From the NCBI GenBank assembly GCA_964511315.1, contig CAZEFF010000002.1:2230-66229 (forward strand): DNA of 64,000 bases. Reading direction: 5' to 3'. The DNA comes from an uncultured bacterium. Its GTDB lineage: Bacteria > Omnitrophota > Omnitrophia > Omnitrophales > Aquincolibacteriaceae. Shown piece after piece: positions 1 to 10,300 of this stretch. The notes under the pieces are model-generated. The model saw only the letters and a list, made by a program, of their open reading frames with translations. It was not told the DNA's origin and did not search any database. Numbering within the stretch: the first letter of the stretch is position 1; the number at the start of each line of letters is the position of its first letter. The position numbers were made by a program, and so were the translations under genes.

Positions 1-32
1 CGTCACGGATTTTCAAAAAATCGAACAACTAT

Positions 33-788
33 TTGCAAAGGTATAACATGCTTACAGGAAAAGTTGCCATCATCACAGGAGCAAGCAGGGGAATTGGACA
101 ATCCATCGCTGTTGAATTCGCCAAACGAGGCGCGTCTGTCGTACTTTCTGCCAGTTCCATCGATAATTTAAAGGAAACAGAAGCCCTCATTAACGCCGAA
201 AAAACAGGTTCCTGCATTTTGACGCAAGCCAACGTCAGCGTTGGAGATGAGGTGAATTTAGTCGTCAAAAAAGCCCTTGACACCCATGGAAAGGTAGATA
301 TACTCGTCAACAATGCAGGCATAACTCGTGACAATTTGCTTGCACTCATGCCGGAAAAAGATTGGGATGAGGTTCTTTTGACAAATCTGAAAAGTGTTTT
401 CTTGTTCACTAAAGCCTGCACACGCCCAATGGTAAAGCAGCGCAGCGGTGCCATAATTAACATCACATCAGTGATCGGAATTACCGGCAACGCAGGCCAG
501 GCTAATTACGCCGCTTCCAAAGCTGGAATTATTGGGTTTACCAAATCAGCCGCGAAAGAGTTGGGGAAAAGAAATATACGGGTCAATGCAATTGCCCCGG
601 GGTTTATACAAACCCGAATGACAGAAAATCTGCCCCAAGAGCAAAAAGCAAAATTGCTCGAAAATGTACCGCTGGGGCGGTTAGGTGAACCAAAAGAAAT
701 AGCTGATGCAGCCGCGTTTTTAGCGTCAGAGTACTCCCGGTATATTACCGGCCAAGTGCTTGTAGTCGACGGCGGCCTTATAATTTAA
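33..788 (+). CDS. fabG: 3-oxoacyl-[acyl-carrier-protein] reductase (SDR family)
   Basis: N-terminal TGASRGIG Rossmann motif and SDR catalytic YxxxK; lies upstream of acpP and fabF as in the fab cluster. True start may be the internal Met (MLTGKVAIITG). Confidence 0.85.
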   Translation: MQRYNMLTGKVAIITGASRGIGQSIAVEFAKRGASVVLSASSIDNLKETEALINAEKTGSCILTQANVSVGDEVNLVVKKALDTHGKVDILVNNAGITRDNLLALMPEKDWDEVLLTNLKSVFLFTKACTRPMVKQRSGAIINITSVIGITGNAGQANYAASKAGIIGFTKSAAKELGKRNIRVNAIAPGFIQTRMTENLPQEQKAKLLENVPLGRLGEPKEIADAAAFLASEYSRYITGQVLVVDGGLII

Positions 789-821
789 GCATCATTAGAT
801 TTACAAACCCAGGAGGAATCA

Positions 822-1064
822 ATGGCAGTTCAGGATAAAATTACCGAAATCATCGTAGAGCAACTTGGCGTAAAACCCGAAGAAGTCGTTCCAGAAGCTT
901 CTTTTGTGGATGATCTTGGCGCGGACTCACTCGATACCGTTGAACTTGTAATGGCTCTCGAAGAAGAGTTTGGAATCGAAATCCCAGATGAAGATGCTGA
1001 AAAGATTCAAACTGTCGGCGATGCGATTCGGTATATCGAAGAAAAAGTCGGCTCATCAAAGTAA
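822..1064 (+). CDS. acpP: acyl carrier protein
   Basis: 80 aa with the phosphopantetheine-attachment motif [20 protein letters not shown]; RBS AGGAGG upstream. Confidence 0.9.
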   Translation: MAVQDKITEIIVEQLGVKPEEVVPEASFVDDLGADSLDTVELVMALEEEFGIEIPDEDAEKIQTVGDAIRYIEEKVGSSK

Positions 1065-1104
1065 CCTTCGATCACTCTAATCTGTTAGCCATTTAATCTA
1101 TCCC

Positions 1105-2349
1105 ATGTCCCGCCGTGTCGTTATAACTGGTGTCGGCATGATTACACCTGTTGCCAATACTGCCGAGGAAACTTGGCAGGGTTTTATTCAAGGCAAAAGT
1201 GGAGTCGGCCGTTTAACCCAGATAGATCCAACACCCTTCAACTCCAAAGTTTCTGCGGAAGTCAAAAACTTTGACCCGTCCGTATTTTTTAAACCCAAAG
1301 AAATAAAGAAGACAGACCGCTTTGTTCAATTCGCGGTTGCCAGCGCGCTAATGGCGGCCAAGGACGCGAACTTCGATGTCTCCAAACTTGATCCGCATCG
1401 CATTGGTGTTCTCGTGGGTTCAGGAATCGGCGGACTTCGCGTCATCGAAGAACAGCATAAGGTTCTTCTTGAAAAGGGCGCCGGACGCGTTTCTCCATTT
1501 CTTATCCCAATGCTCATCGTCAATATGGCTCCCGGACAAATCTCAATCGCTCTTGGAATTAAGGGACCAAATAACTGCGTAGCAACAGCTTGCGCAACAG
1601 GCTCAAATGCCATTGGAGACGCCTTCAAAATCATTCAGCGGGAGGAAGCGGATGTCATGTTTGCAGGCGGAACTGAATCCTGTATCACACCTCTGGGATT
1701 TGGCGGTTTTGATTCAATGAAGGCACTCAGTACCTTAAATGATCCTCCAGAACAGGCTTCGCGTCCATTTGATAAAACGCGCGAAGGTTTTGTCATGGGA
1801 GAAGGCTGTGGAGTTCTTATACTTGAAGAGCTCGAACATGCTAAGCGCCGGGGAGCCAAGATCTATTGCGAAATGTCCGGTTACGGAATGACCTCGGATG
1901 CCAGTCACATCACGGCTCCGGATCCTTCGGGCGAGGGTGCTGCACGCTGCATGATTAACGCGCTTAAAGACGCTAAAATCAAACCTGAAGAAATCGATTA
2001 TATCAATGCACACGGGACATCAACGCCGCTCAATGACAAAGTTGAAACACTTGCGATCAAAAAAGCTCTTGGTGAAGCGATTGCTAGAAAAGTTGCCATC
2101 AGCTCGACTAAATCCATGACGGGGCACTTGCTCGGTGCCGCAGGCGCGATTGAAGGAATTGCCTGTGCGTACGCAATCCGTGACGGAATTATTCCTCCAA
2201 CGATCAATTACCGCACGCCAGATCCAGATTGCGATCTCAACTACACTCCTAATCAAGCGATTCAGCGCAAAGTACGTGTCGCGTTGTCCAACTCGCTCGG
2301 TTTCGGCGGACATAACGCCTGCGTCATCTTCAAAGCTTTTGAAGATTAA
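1105..2349 (+). CDS. fabF: 3-oxoacyl-ACP synthase II (beta-ketoacyl synthase)
   Basis: 414 aa; condensing-enzyme motifs (active-site Cys in ATACATGSNAIG, HGTSTPLND, GHLLGAAG) and a C-terminal SNSLGFGGHNA. Confidence 0.9.
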   Translation: MSRRVVITGVGMITPVANTAEETWQGFIQGKSGVGRLTQIDPTPFNSKVSAEVKNFDPSVFFKPKEIKKTDRFVQFAVASALMAAKDANFDVSKLDPHRIGVLVGSGIGGLRVIEEQHKVLLEKGAGRVSPFLIPMLIVNMAPGQISIALGIKGPNNCVATACATGSNAIGDAFKIIQREEADVMFAGGTESCITPLGFGGFDSMKALSTLNDPPEQASRPFDKTREGFVMGEGCGVLILEELEHAKRRGAKIYCEMSGYGMTSDASHITAPDPSGEGAARCMINALKDAKIKPEEIDYINAHGTSTPLNDKVETLAIKKALGEAIARKVAISSTKSMTGHLLGAAGAIEGIACAYAIRDGIIPPTINYRTPDPDCDLNYTPNQAIQRKVRVALSNSLGFGGHNACVIFKAFED

Positions 2350-2441
2350 TCCGCAAAAAAATCTCTTTTTTTCACTTCATTCATTGCCTACGGCCCCGCA
2401 ATCGGGTAAAATCTCTGCCAACAATTTAGGAAGGTCCTTGC

Positions 2442-5400
2442 ATGCGACTTAAAAAACTCGAATTACTCGGTTTCAAATCTTTCGCCGACCGCACAGAAAT
2501 TATTTTTGATGAAGGCGTTACATGTATCGTCGGGCCGAACGGATGCGGAAAAAGTAATATCTCTGACTCCATCCGCTGGGTTCTTGGTGAACGCAGCGCG
2601 AAATTACTCCGCGGCGCGAAAATGGAAGATGTTATTTTTAATGGAACCGATTTCCGAAAACCCACCGCATTGGCCGAAGTTTCGCTGACGATTGATAATA
2701 CCGACCGCGGTCTTCCCATTGAATATAATGAAGTCACGTTAACGCGCCGCCTCTACCGTTCTGGAGAGAGCGAATACCTTATCAATAAAACAGTCTGCCG
2801 CCTAAAGGACATTCAGGATCTGATTCTTGATACCGGCATCGGTTCAAGCTCTTACTCAATGATTGAACAGGGGAGAATTGACTACATTCTCAACGCGGAC
2901 GCAGATGAACGCCGATTTCTTATTGAAGAAGCCGCGGGCATTTCAAAATATAAAGTCAAAAAAGAAGAAGCGATCCGAAAACTTGAACGAACAGAAGAAA
3001 ACCGTTTACGCCTCAACGACATTATTCATGAAGTTCAAAAAAATATTCAGTATGCCGAACGCCAAGCTCAGCGCGCCGCGAAATATCAGCAGGAACTTGA
3101 AAAGCTTAAAAATCTTGAACTTGCGCGGGCCTTCACAGAACTCGCGCGCCTAACTTCAGAGAAAAATACTTTAAATGAAAGCCGATCCACCATCCATCAG
3201 CGCATTGCTGAACTGACAGAAAAAATCGAAACCTCAAAAACCGATCAGGAAGCCCTGAACAGCAAGCTGCAGGAAATTGCAGGTCATTATCACGAAGAAG
3301 AATCACGCCGGTTTGGCTTTCAATCAAAATGGGATCAAAATCAGCAGCAGCTGGGCTTCAATCAGGAAAAGCGTCTTGAAATGGCAGCTCGCCGCGGGCA
3401 AATTGAGCAGGAAGAACTTCAGCTCAACGAGCGGATTAAAAAATCAGAGGAAGAAGTTGCCTCTAAGCGTCATGAATTAAGCCTCCTTGATATTGAGCAG
3501 GGCAAAGCGGCCGAAGCGTTAAAAACTTCCGAAGACACACTGCAAAAAATTGAGTCGGAGATTCAATCCCTGCGGGCAACAATTGAGAAAGTAAAAGCCG
3601 AGGCTTTTCAGTCCGCTTCAAAAATCGCGCAGGTGCGAAATGAATACCACCGGGTCAACGCATTTTTGGAGTCCAGCCAGGAACAAAAGAAGAAATCTGA
3701 AGCTGGTTCTGAGCGCCTCAAGCAAGAGACGCAGGGATGGGAGAGCAAGAAACTTTCAGCTCAACAGCAGTCGCAGCTTCTTATAGAACGGCTTGCCCAA
3801 CTTGACGAACAAAAAAATACTCTTGAGAATGAAATTGAACAATCTCTGAATCAGCGCAAAGAGGAAGAAAAATCACTTTCGGATCTTGAACGGTCTTTGC
3901 ATGAAAAACAAACCCGTCTATCTTTACTTATTGAAATTGATGAAGCTGCCCGCGCAAGCGAATCCGCTATTCTTACGGATTTAAGTGAAGAAGACCGCAA
4001 CCTCACACATACATTAAGGGAACTTTTAACTGTTCAGCAGGGGTTCGAATGGGCACTGGAATCCGCGCTGGATACCTTTGCCCGCTCATTTGTCGCCGAG
4101 AACTTTGATATCGCGAAAAAACTGACCCAAAAGATGAGCGCTCAAAAATCGATTGCCATGGGACTCCTCATCCAAAGCTCACCGCAGAACCCAACCGCGG
4201 CGGCGTCCCAAAAACCATCGCATCCGCAAATTTCTAAAGCCTTGACGGATGTTGTGCAGATTAAGGCCGGCTATGAGCCGGTTTTTGGATCCTTTCTTCA
4301 AAACGTCTATTTGGCGGATCAGCCGCTTTCTGAGTTCAATATCGAGGAACTTCTCCAGCTTTCGCAGTCATGCAAGATTTTGACTCCGGACGGATTCACT
4401 TTGGGCCATGCCAATCAAATCTTTTTTCATAACAGCGGCTTAACTTCCGAAGACAATTTCTTTAAACGCAATGCCGAAATTACTGCCCTCAATAGGGAAG
4501 TTCAGCAAACCGCCGAACAGCTCATTCTTGCCAAGCAAAGCTTGACCGCGCGCGAAGCTTTTGCCGCGGAGCTTCAAAAGAAAAAAGAGACGGTTGAGTC
4601 TGAGCATTTGGACTCCATGATCAAGAAGGAATCATTTGAATCTCTGTTGAGCGGGATGCAGGAACGGATCGTTTCTTATCAGCGGGAATTGGAGCTTACC
4701 GGCTTTGAGTATGACGAACTTCAAACCCAATACGAAGCAGGGCTTGCTCAGCAAAAAGTTTTGGAAGCTCGCTTACAGGAATGTGAAACCTTTGAAACAC
4801 AAATCCGCGCCCGCCAGGATGAGTTGTCAAAAACACTCGAAACCTCCGAAAGAGGGCGTTCGGATGCTGTGAAGCTGCTCGCAGAAACCCACGCGCGCTT
4901 CGAAACTTACCGCGACCGGACAAATTTCTTAACAGAATCGGTCAATTTGCTTCTTGAGCACGACGGCCGGGACCGCTCCCGTCTTAATTTGCTTGCAGAA
5001 GAACTTGAAAAGCACACCCGAAGACTTGAAGAACTTGATAAAGAAGACCTTGAAGTTCAATCCGAACAGGAAAAAATTCAAAGCCAGCTCCGCGACTGTG
5101 AAGTCGCAGTTGAAATTATCCGTCAAGAAAAAGAAGCTGTTGAAAAGCAGCTGGGGGAAGCCCGGGATCATCATCAAACGTTGCTGGATGAAGAGCGTTC
5201 CTACCAAGGCAAGCTCCATCAATTCGAAATAAAAGAAATGGATCTTAACTTTCAGGAAAAAACAATTTACGAACGGATGGAACAGACCTACCGCATTCAG
5301 CTGAGCACGCTGAAACCCGAAGATTACTCCATGGGTGATCTGGCGCCTGAACAGCTTGAAGAAAAAATTAACCACTTAAAACAGCGGGTGGAAAGCCTCG

Positions 5401-6062
5401 GCACAGTCAACCTTCTCGCGATTGAAGAATATGAAGAACTCAAACAGCGGTATGATTTTTTAATGACCCAGCAGAAAGATCTGGATGATGCCCGGGAACA
5501 GCTCATGGAAACCATCCGCAAAATCAACCGTACGACAAAAGGCTTATTTGAAGAAACATTTGCCAACGTCCAAAAAACTTTTCAGGAATACTATGAAACG
5601 CTTTTCCGCGGCGGCCAAGCAAAACTGGTGCTTGTCGATGAATCCAATCCGCTTGAATCCGGCATCGATATCCATGTCCGTCCTCCCGGGAAAAAGCTGC
5701 AGCACATCAGCCTTCTCTCAGGGGGTGAAAAAGCCCTGACCGCTTCGGCATTATTGTTCGCTTTATTTAAAATCAAACCTTCTCCGTTCTGCGTCCTGGA
5801 CGAAGTTGACGCCCCGCTTGACGAAGCGAACGTCGACCGTTTCATCGCGGTCTTAAAAACATTCCTCGAATCCTCACAGTTTATTATCGTCACTCACAAC
5901 CGCAAAACAATCGCGATGGGTGACGCGCTCTACGGGGTAACGATGCAGGAAGCCGGCGTTTCTAAGCTCGTTTCTGTTAAAGTGAACCCCACGGCCAAAA
6001 CCGCCGAACCCGCGCAAACTGAACCTGAAACAAATTCCGAGCAAGCCCCAGTCAACGCTTGA
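2442..6062 (+). CDS. smc: chromosome segregation protein SMC
   Basis: 1206 aa; N-terminal Walker A (GPNGCGKSNI), long coiled coils, a hinge, a C-terminal signature LSGGEKALTA and Walker B CVLDEVDAPLD. Confidence 0.9.
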   Translation: MRLKKLELLGFKSFADRTEIIFDEGVTCIVGPNGCGKSNISDSIRWVLGERSAKLLRGAKMEDVIFNGTDFRKPTALAEVSLTIDNTDRGLPIEYNEVTLTRRLYRSGESEYLINKTVCRLKDIQDLILDTGIGSSSYSMIEQGRIDYILNADADERRFLIEEAAGISKYKVKKEEAIRKLERTEENRLRLNDIIHEVQKNIQYAERQAQRAAKYQQELEKLKNLELARAFTELARLTSEKNTLNESRSTIHQRIAELTEKIETSKTDQEALNSKLQEIAGHYHEEESRRFGFQSKWDQNQQQLGFNQEKRLEMAARRGQIEQEELQLNERIKKSEEEVASKRHELSLLDIEQGKAAEALKTSEDTLQKIESEIQSLRATIEKVKAEAFQSASKIAQVRNEYHRVNAFLESSQEQKKKSEAGSERLKQETQGWESKKLSAQQQSQLLIERLAQLDEQKNTLENEIEQSLNQRKEEEKSLSDLERSLHEKQTRLSLLIEIDEAARASESAILTDLSEEDRNLTHTLRELLTVQQGFEWALESALDTFARSFVAENFDIAKKLTQKMSAQKSIAMGLLIQSSPQNPTAAASQKPSHPQISKALTDVVQIKAGYEPVFGSFLQNVYLADQPLSEFNIEELLQLSQSCKILTPDGFTLGHANQIFFHNSGLTSEDNFFKRNAEITALNREVQQTAEQLILAKQSLTAREAFAAELQKKKETVESEHLDSMIKKESFESLLSGMQERIVSYQRELELTGFEYDELQTQYEAGLAQQKVLEARLQECETFETQIRARQDELSKTLETSERGRSDAVKLLAETHARFETYRDRTNFLTESVNLLLEHDGRDRSRLNLLAEELEKHTRRLEELDKEDLEVQSEQEKIQSQLRDCEVAVEIIRQEKEAVEKQLGEARDHHQTLLDEERSYQGKLHQFEIKEMDLNFQEKTIYERMEQTYRIQLSTLKPEDYSMGDLAPEQLEEKINHLKQRVESLGTVNLLAIEEYEELKQRYDFLMTQQKDLDDAREQLMETIRKINRTTKGLFEETFANVQKTFQEYYETLFRGGQAKLVLVDESNPLESGIDIHVRPPGKKLQHISLLSGGEKALTASALLFALFKIKPSPFCVLDEVDAPLDEANVDRFIAVLKTFLESSQFIIVTHNRKTIAMGDALYGVTMQEAGVSKLVSVKVNPTAKTAEPAQTEPETNSEQAPVNA

Positions 6063-6601
6063 ATATCGCCAACACCTTAACCCTTTCCCGGATTTTTTTA
6101 GTACCTTTTTTCTTTACGGCGCTTGTATCTTACCGATCGGGACATGAATACCACCGGTGGATTGCGTTTGCTATTTTTTTAACCGCGAGCGTCACCGATG
6201 CCCTCGACGGATATCTAGCCCGAGCCCTTAAGGCCCGTACGCACCTTGGAAAATTTCTTGATCCGTTTGCCGATAAACTTCTTTTGTTAAGCGGTTATTT
6301 AGGGCTCCTCTTTGTCGAGACTTTGCCGTACCGGCCTCCGCTATGGATTACGGTCACGATTCTTTTCAGGGACTTAGTGATTATTACGGGCATGGTCACA
6401 ATTTTTATTTTCACCGGAAATTTACGCCTCGCGCCTAATTTTCTCGGAAAAGCGACAACCGCGCTTCAAATGATCACGCTGATTTCGGTGCTGCTCACAT
6501 TTAAGTTTTCTTTTATTTTCTGGTACGCGACCGCCGGACTCACCATTCTCTCCTGCGTTTTTTACGTTTTCCGCGATTTGAAACTTTTAAAATCCGTATG
6601 A
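6059..6601 (+). CDS. pgsA: CDP-diacylglycerol--glycerol-3-phosphate 3-phosphatidyltransferase (CDP-alcohol phosphatidyltransferase family)
   Basis: 180 aa multi-TM protein with the CDP-OH transferase motif DALDGYLAR...G...DPFADK; 4-nt overlap with smc. Confidence 0.75.
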   Translation: MNIANTLTLSRIFLVPFFFTALVSYRSGHEYHRWIAFAIFLTASVTDALDGYLARALKARTHLGKFLDPFADKLLLLSGYLGLLFVETLPYRPPLWITVTILFRDLVIITGMVTIFIFTGNLRLAPNFLGKATTALQMITLISVLLTFKFSFIFWYATAGLTILSCVFYVFRDLKLLKSV

Positions 6602-7197
6602 TTCTATTTTTCTTATTCCTCTTAGCATACCTTATCGGATCCATCCCATTCGGACTCATCATCAGCCGCATGCGAGGCATCGACATCCGCAAACACGGAA
6701 GCGGAAATATCGGAGCTACCAATGTCTTCCGCGTTGTCGGAAAAAAATGGGGAATTACGGTCTTTATTCTCGATGCTCTCAAGGGGTACATGTCAGTTTT
6801 ACTGCCTGTGATTTTCAAGCAGCAAGCGCCTCTAACGCTTTCTCTGGCATTAGCTCTCGCGGTTATATTAGGACACACATTTCCCATTTGGCTTAAGTTT
6901 AAAGGAGGGAAAGGCGTCGCAACGTCCTTAGGCGCGTTTCTTGCCGCTGCTCCAAAACCGGCCCTCATCACATTCGGAGGGTGGATCATTATTTTTCTCG
7001 CAACACGCATCATTTCTGCGGCATCGCTCAGCGCGGCTGTCTTATTTCCGATTGTGATCTGCCTGATCTACCCGCGTGAAACGCCGGGCTTTACCACGCT
7101 CATCCTTGTCAGTCTTTTTCTAACCGCATTCATTTTTTACACCCACCGCCAAAATATTCAGCGTCTTCTCAAGGGTGAAGAAAAGCGCATTTTCTAG
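6598..7197 (+). CDS. plsY: glycerol-3-phosphate acyltransferase PlsY
   Basis: 199 aa; PlsY hallmark N-terminus LIGSIPFGL...HGSGNIGATNVFR; 4-nt overlap with pgsA. Confidence 0.85.
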   Translation: MILFFLFLLAYLIGSIPFGLIISRMRGIDIRKHGSGNIGATNVFRVVGKKWGITVFILDALKGYMSVLLPVIFKQQAPLTLSLALALAVILGHTFPIWLKFKGGKGVATSLGAFLAAAPKPALITFGGWIIIFLATRIISAASLSAAVLFPIVICLIYPRETPGFTTLILVSLFLTAFIFYTHRQNIQRLLKGEEKRIF

Positions 7198-7381
7198 TAC
7201 CCAGCAGCTCCCCCCTAGAGCATTTTATCAAGTTATTACCTCTTGCTAGTAGATGTTATGACGTGTTAAGGGAAAGTTATCGCGAATTTGTAAATAGCCT
7301 TTTCATGTGTTATTTTTTCTTAATTTTGCAGGATTAAGAAAATAACATTCCATCGAAGGGATATTTTTTTCCATTTCATTT

Positions 7382-10300
7382 ATGAGTTTTAAAAAGAGTC
7401 ATCACCGCGCTTGGCGAAAGCGCCTAGCCCTCTTTATTACCATCATTTTTACCGCGCAAAGCCTAGGCTTAGCGCCTCATAACCTCTGCGCTCGAATGGA
7501 GGCAGAGGATATCCCTTTACCTATTTCTGAACCCTCGGCAATTCAGATTCCCCCGGAATTTGGACGCATCGATGAAGTGTTCTCTGGAAGCAATAAAAAA
7601 TTAATTATTCTTATTCAGGATGCTCACAGTATTCCAGAAGCGCAGCGCAGCATCCAAAAAACCATAAGCCATCTCAGTAAAACATACGCGCTTAGCGGCA
7701 TCGCACTTGAAGGAGCATCCGGCCCTCTTGACCCCGTCATGCTGCGAAATTATCCCGATCGGGAAAAGCTTTCCGATGTACTTGCTGAGCTTACGCGCAA
7801 AGGGGAGCTAAGCGGTTCCGTAGCCGCGCTCATTGAGGACGGAATCAAGACACCCGCCTTTGGCCTTGAAAATTGGGAGACATACCTTGAAGGCTTGAAT
7901 CTCTATCGTGAAGCTCTGACCCGTCAAGAAAGGGCGGCACGCAAAATCCACGTCTTGCAAAAACGTCTCGCCCGGGAAAAATCTGCCGCCTACTCAAAAA
8001 AGCTTCTGGCTGCGGATGATATTCGGAACCGTGTCGAGAGTAATGAGGTTGATTTTCTTCACGCACTGCTCGAAATTTCAAAAATCAGCGCCGTTCCCGA
8101 AAACACGCCGCTAAGTCTCATCTTAAATCAGCTCAACCGGGGCCCGGCGGCATCGCAAACTTCGAGAAATCTTGAAAATCTATTTGGAGAGCTGGCTTCT
8201 TATTTTACTCAGAAAAAAAATTCCGAGGCTTTATCGTCGCTGGCGGAAAAACGTCAGAGCTATCAAAGCAGTGAGCTTGATCTCTACGCATTCGCCTCCT
8301 ATTTGCGTCATCTCGCTGTTTCCGAATCCATCCCGACAATTTCCTTAACACCGGATGTTATCGAGCTTGCTGAAGTTTATGACAAACTGAATCAAATAAA
8401 AGGGTCAGCGGTCTACGCGGAATTTGAAACTCATCTTAACCGCACGATCCACGGCCTTATTCAAACCAGCAAACAAAATGAACTGAACCGTCAATCAGAA
8501 ATACTTCGCTTCGAAAATAAGCTCAACCAGCTCCGGCTAACACGCTCAGAACTCAAGCAGCTTGAGACATCTTCATCGGATATAAATAACCGCGGTGCGT
8601 ATCCATCCTTAAACCTTGAGCTAGCGGCTCATTCAGCATTCTATCGGAATACCCTCAAACGGGATCATGAGCTGTATGAAAACTTTAAAAAAATGGCATC
8701 GGAGAAAAATACGCCATCGGCATGGATTATTGTCGCAGGGGGATTTCACAGCGCTGGACTCCTTGAACAGGCGCGTAAGGACGGATTCTCCTTTGTTAAA
8801 ATCTTGCCGGCAATTCGAAGCCTCCCCGAACATGATTTCTACACGGATCACATGGAAGGAAAAGTCAGCTGGGTAAATCAAGAAAGCTTGGATTCAGGCC
8901 GCGGCCTTTATGAAATCTTCTTAACTTTTGCCATGTCGGCTCTTTTTAAGGATTCATCAGAAAATGAAGCTGCATCAGCCTTGCGCGTCTGGCGTCAAAA
9001 TATTATACGAGACCTATCTGAAATAAAGCGTTTAAACGAATCTTCATCTTACACAAAAATAATTGACGCTGAGTTAACAGCGCGGAAATCCGCGTTCTTA
9101 AAGAGAAACTGGATCTCAAATATTAACCGTTTTACTTCGCAGATGGACGAATTAGAAAAATCGGCCCGCCTAAACAAACAGAATGTTTTGGATATTTTAA
9201 AAACACCCGCGATTCCGGCTCTCTTAACAGGCCCAGGGGTCTTGACTCGAAAGGGAATTCCCGCATCAAGGAGCAGGTCAGAAGCGCGCACCGCGGCTTG
9301 GCGCGAGTCTGATGAGCCGCTCAGCCGTAAAGACGTCATATTCGCTATGGGGGAAGATTTTACCGTTCACCTTCCAACAGGGCAAACCTATAAGCTCCCG
9401 AAAGGCCTCTGGGGAAAATACTTCTCTCGGCAGCCCGCTCAGCAGGAAATACGGGAAGTTTTGCCGCCAAAAAGTTCTGAGCCCATCATTCTTATTGAGA
9501 TCACAGTGCCTAAAGCGGAAAGCGATGAGCTGACTGCCGAACTTAAAATTCTCGGGGATGCTGTCACTGAACTTTTCCCCGGCTATAAATACGCTTTCCT
9601 GCCTCCGGAAACAGCCGGAACATCTCAAACGCAGTTTTTAAAATTTTACAAATTTGATATTCTGACCGGAGACACGGCGGCACCGCCGGTGATTCTCGAA
9701 AATGCTCCGAGTATTATCACTGCATCCGCAGGCAATAGCACCAAACCCGCCGGCCCAAATGAAAATCCAATCCTAAACCGCCGAAATTTCTTAACCTTTA
9801 TCAGTCTAAGCGTGATTGGGTCAATCGCCGCATTCACGTTCTGGCCTCGGACAAAGAAGCCTTTGGCTGTACAGCCTGAAACCGTTTCTAAAATTAACCC
9901 GGCAGGAAAAAAACTCGATGAAATCGATTCAGGTGATAGGGAAGCGGTCAAAATTCACTTATCCGGAATTGGCAATTATTTGAGAGAAGGCGGCATTCAT
10001 CCCGCGACCGGCATTGCCCGTGATCACGTTCAAATTGACCGGCTTTCGGGAAAAATTTCGGGAACACCCGCCAATTATTCTTCCCCGTCAAAACTATCAG
10101 TTTATTTACCCTTTTTACTCAAAATTATTCAAGGCGAAGATGTCTTAGCGCTTACAGGAATTTCAAAACGGGAAGCTGTCGAACTTCTTTCAAAATCACT
10201 TTTTTCACTCCGCCGCTTCCAAGTCGAAGGTTCGGGCAGTCACGAAGTTCAGTCGGGATTATTTCCCTGGTTTGAAATGAAAGACGATGGATCCCTTTCG

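Noticed and set aside
29-490. 153-aa minus-strand ORF
   Set aside because: Fully antisense to fabG, which has clear SDR motifs. This is a shadow ORF.
9778-9846. Internal RR-motif hydrophobic segment as a hidden gene boundary splitting the giant ORF into two genes
   Set aside because: No in-frame stop, no plausible start codon or Shine-Dalgarno in the vicinity. The ORF is continuous in one frame for 9.3 kb.
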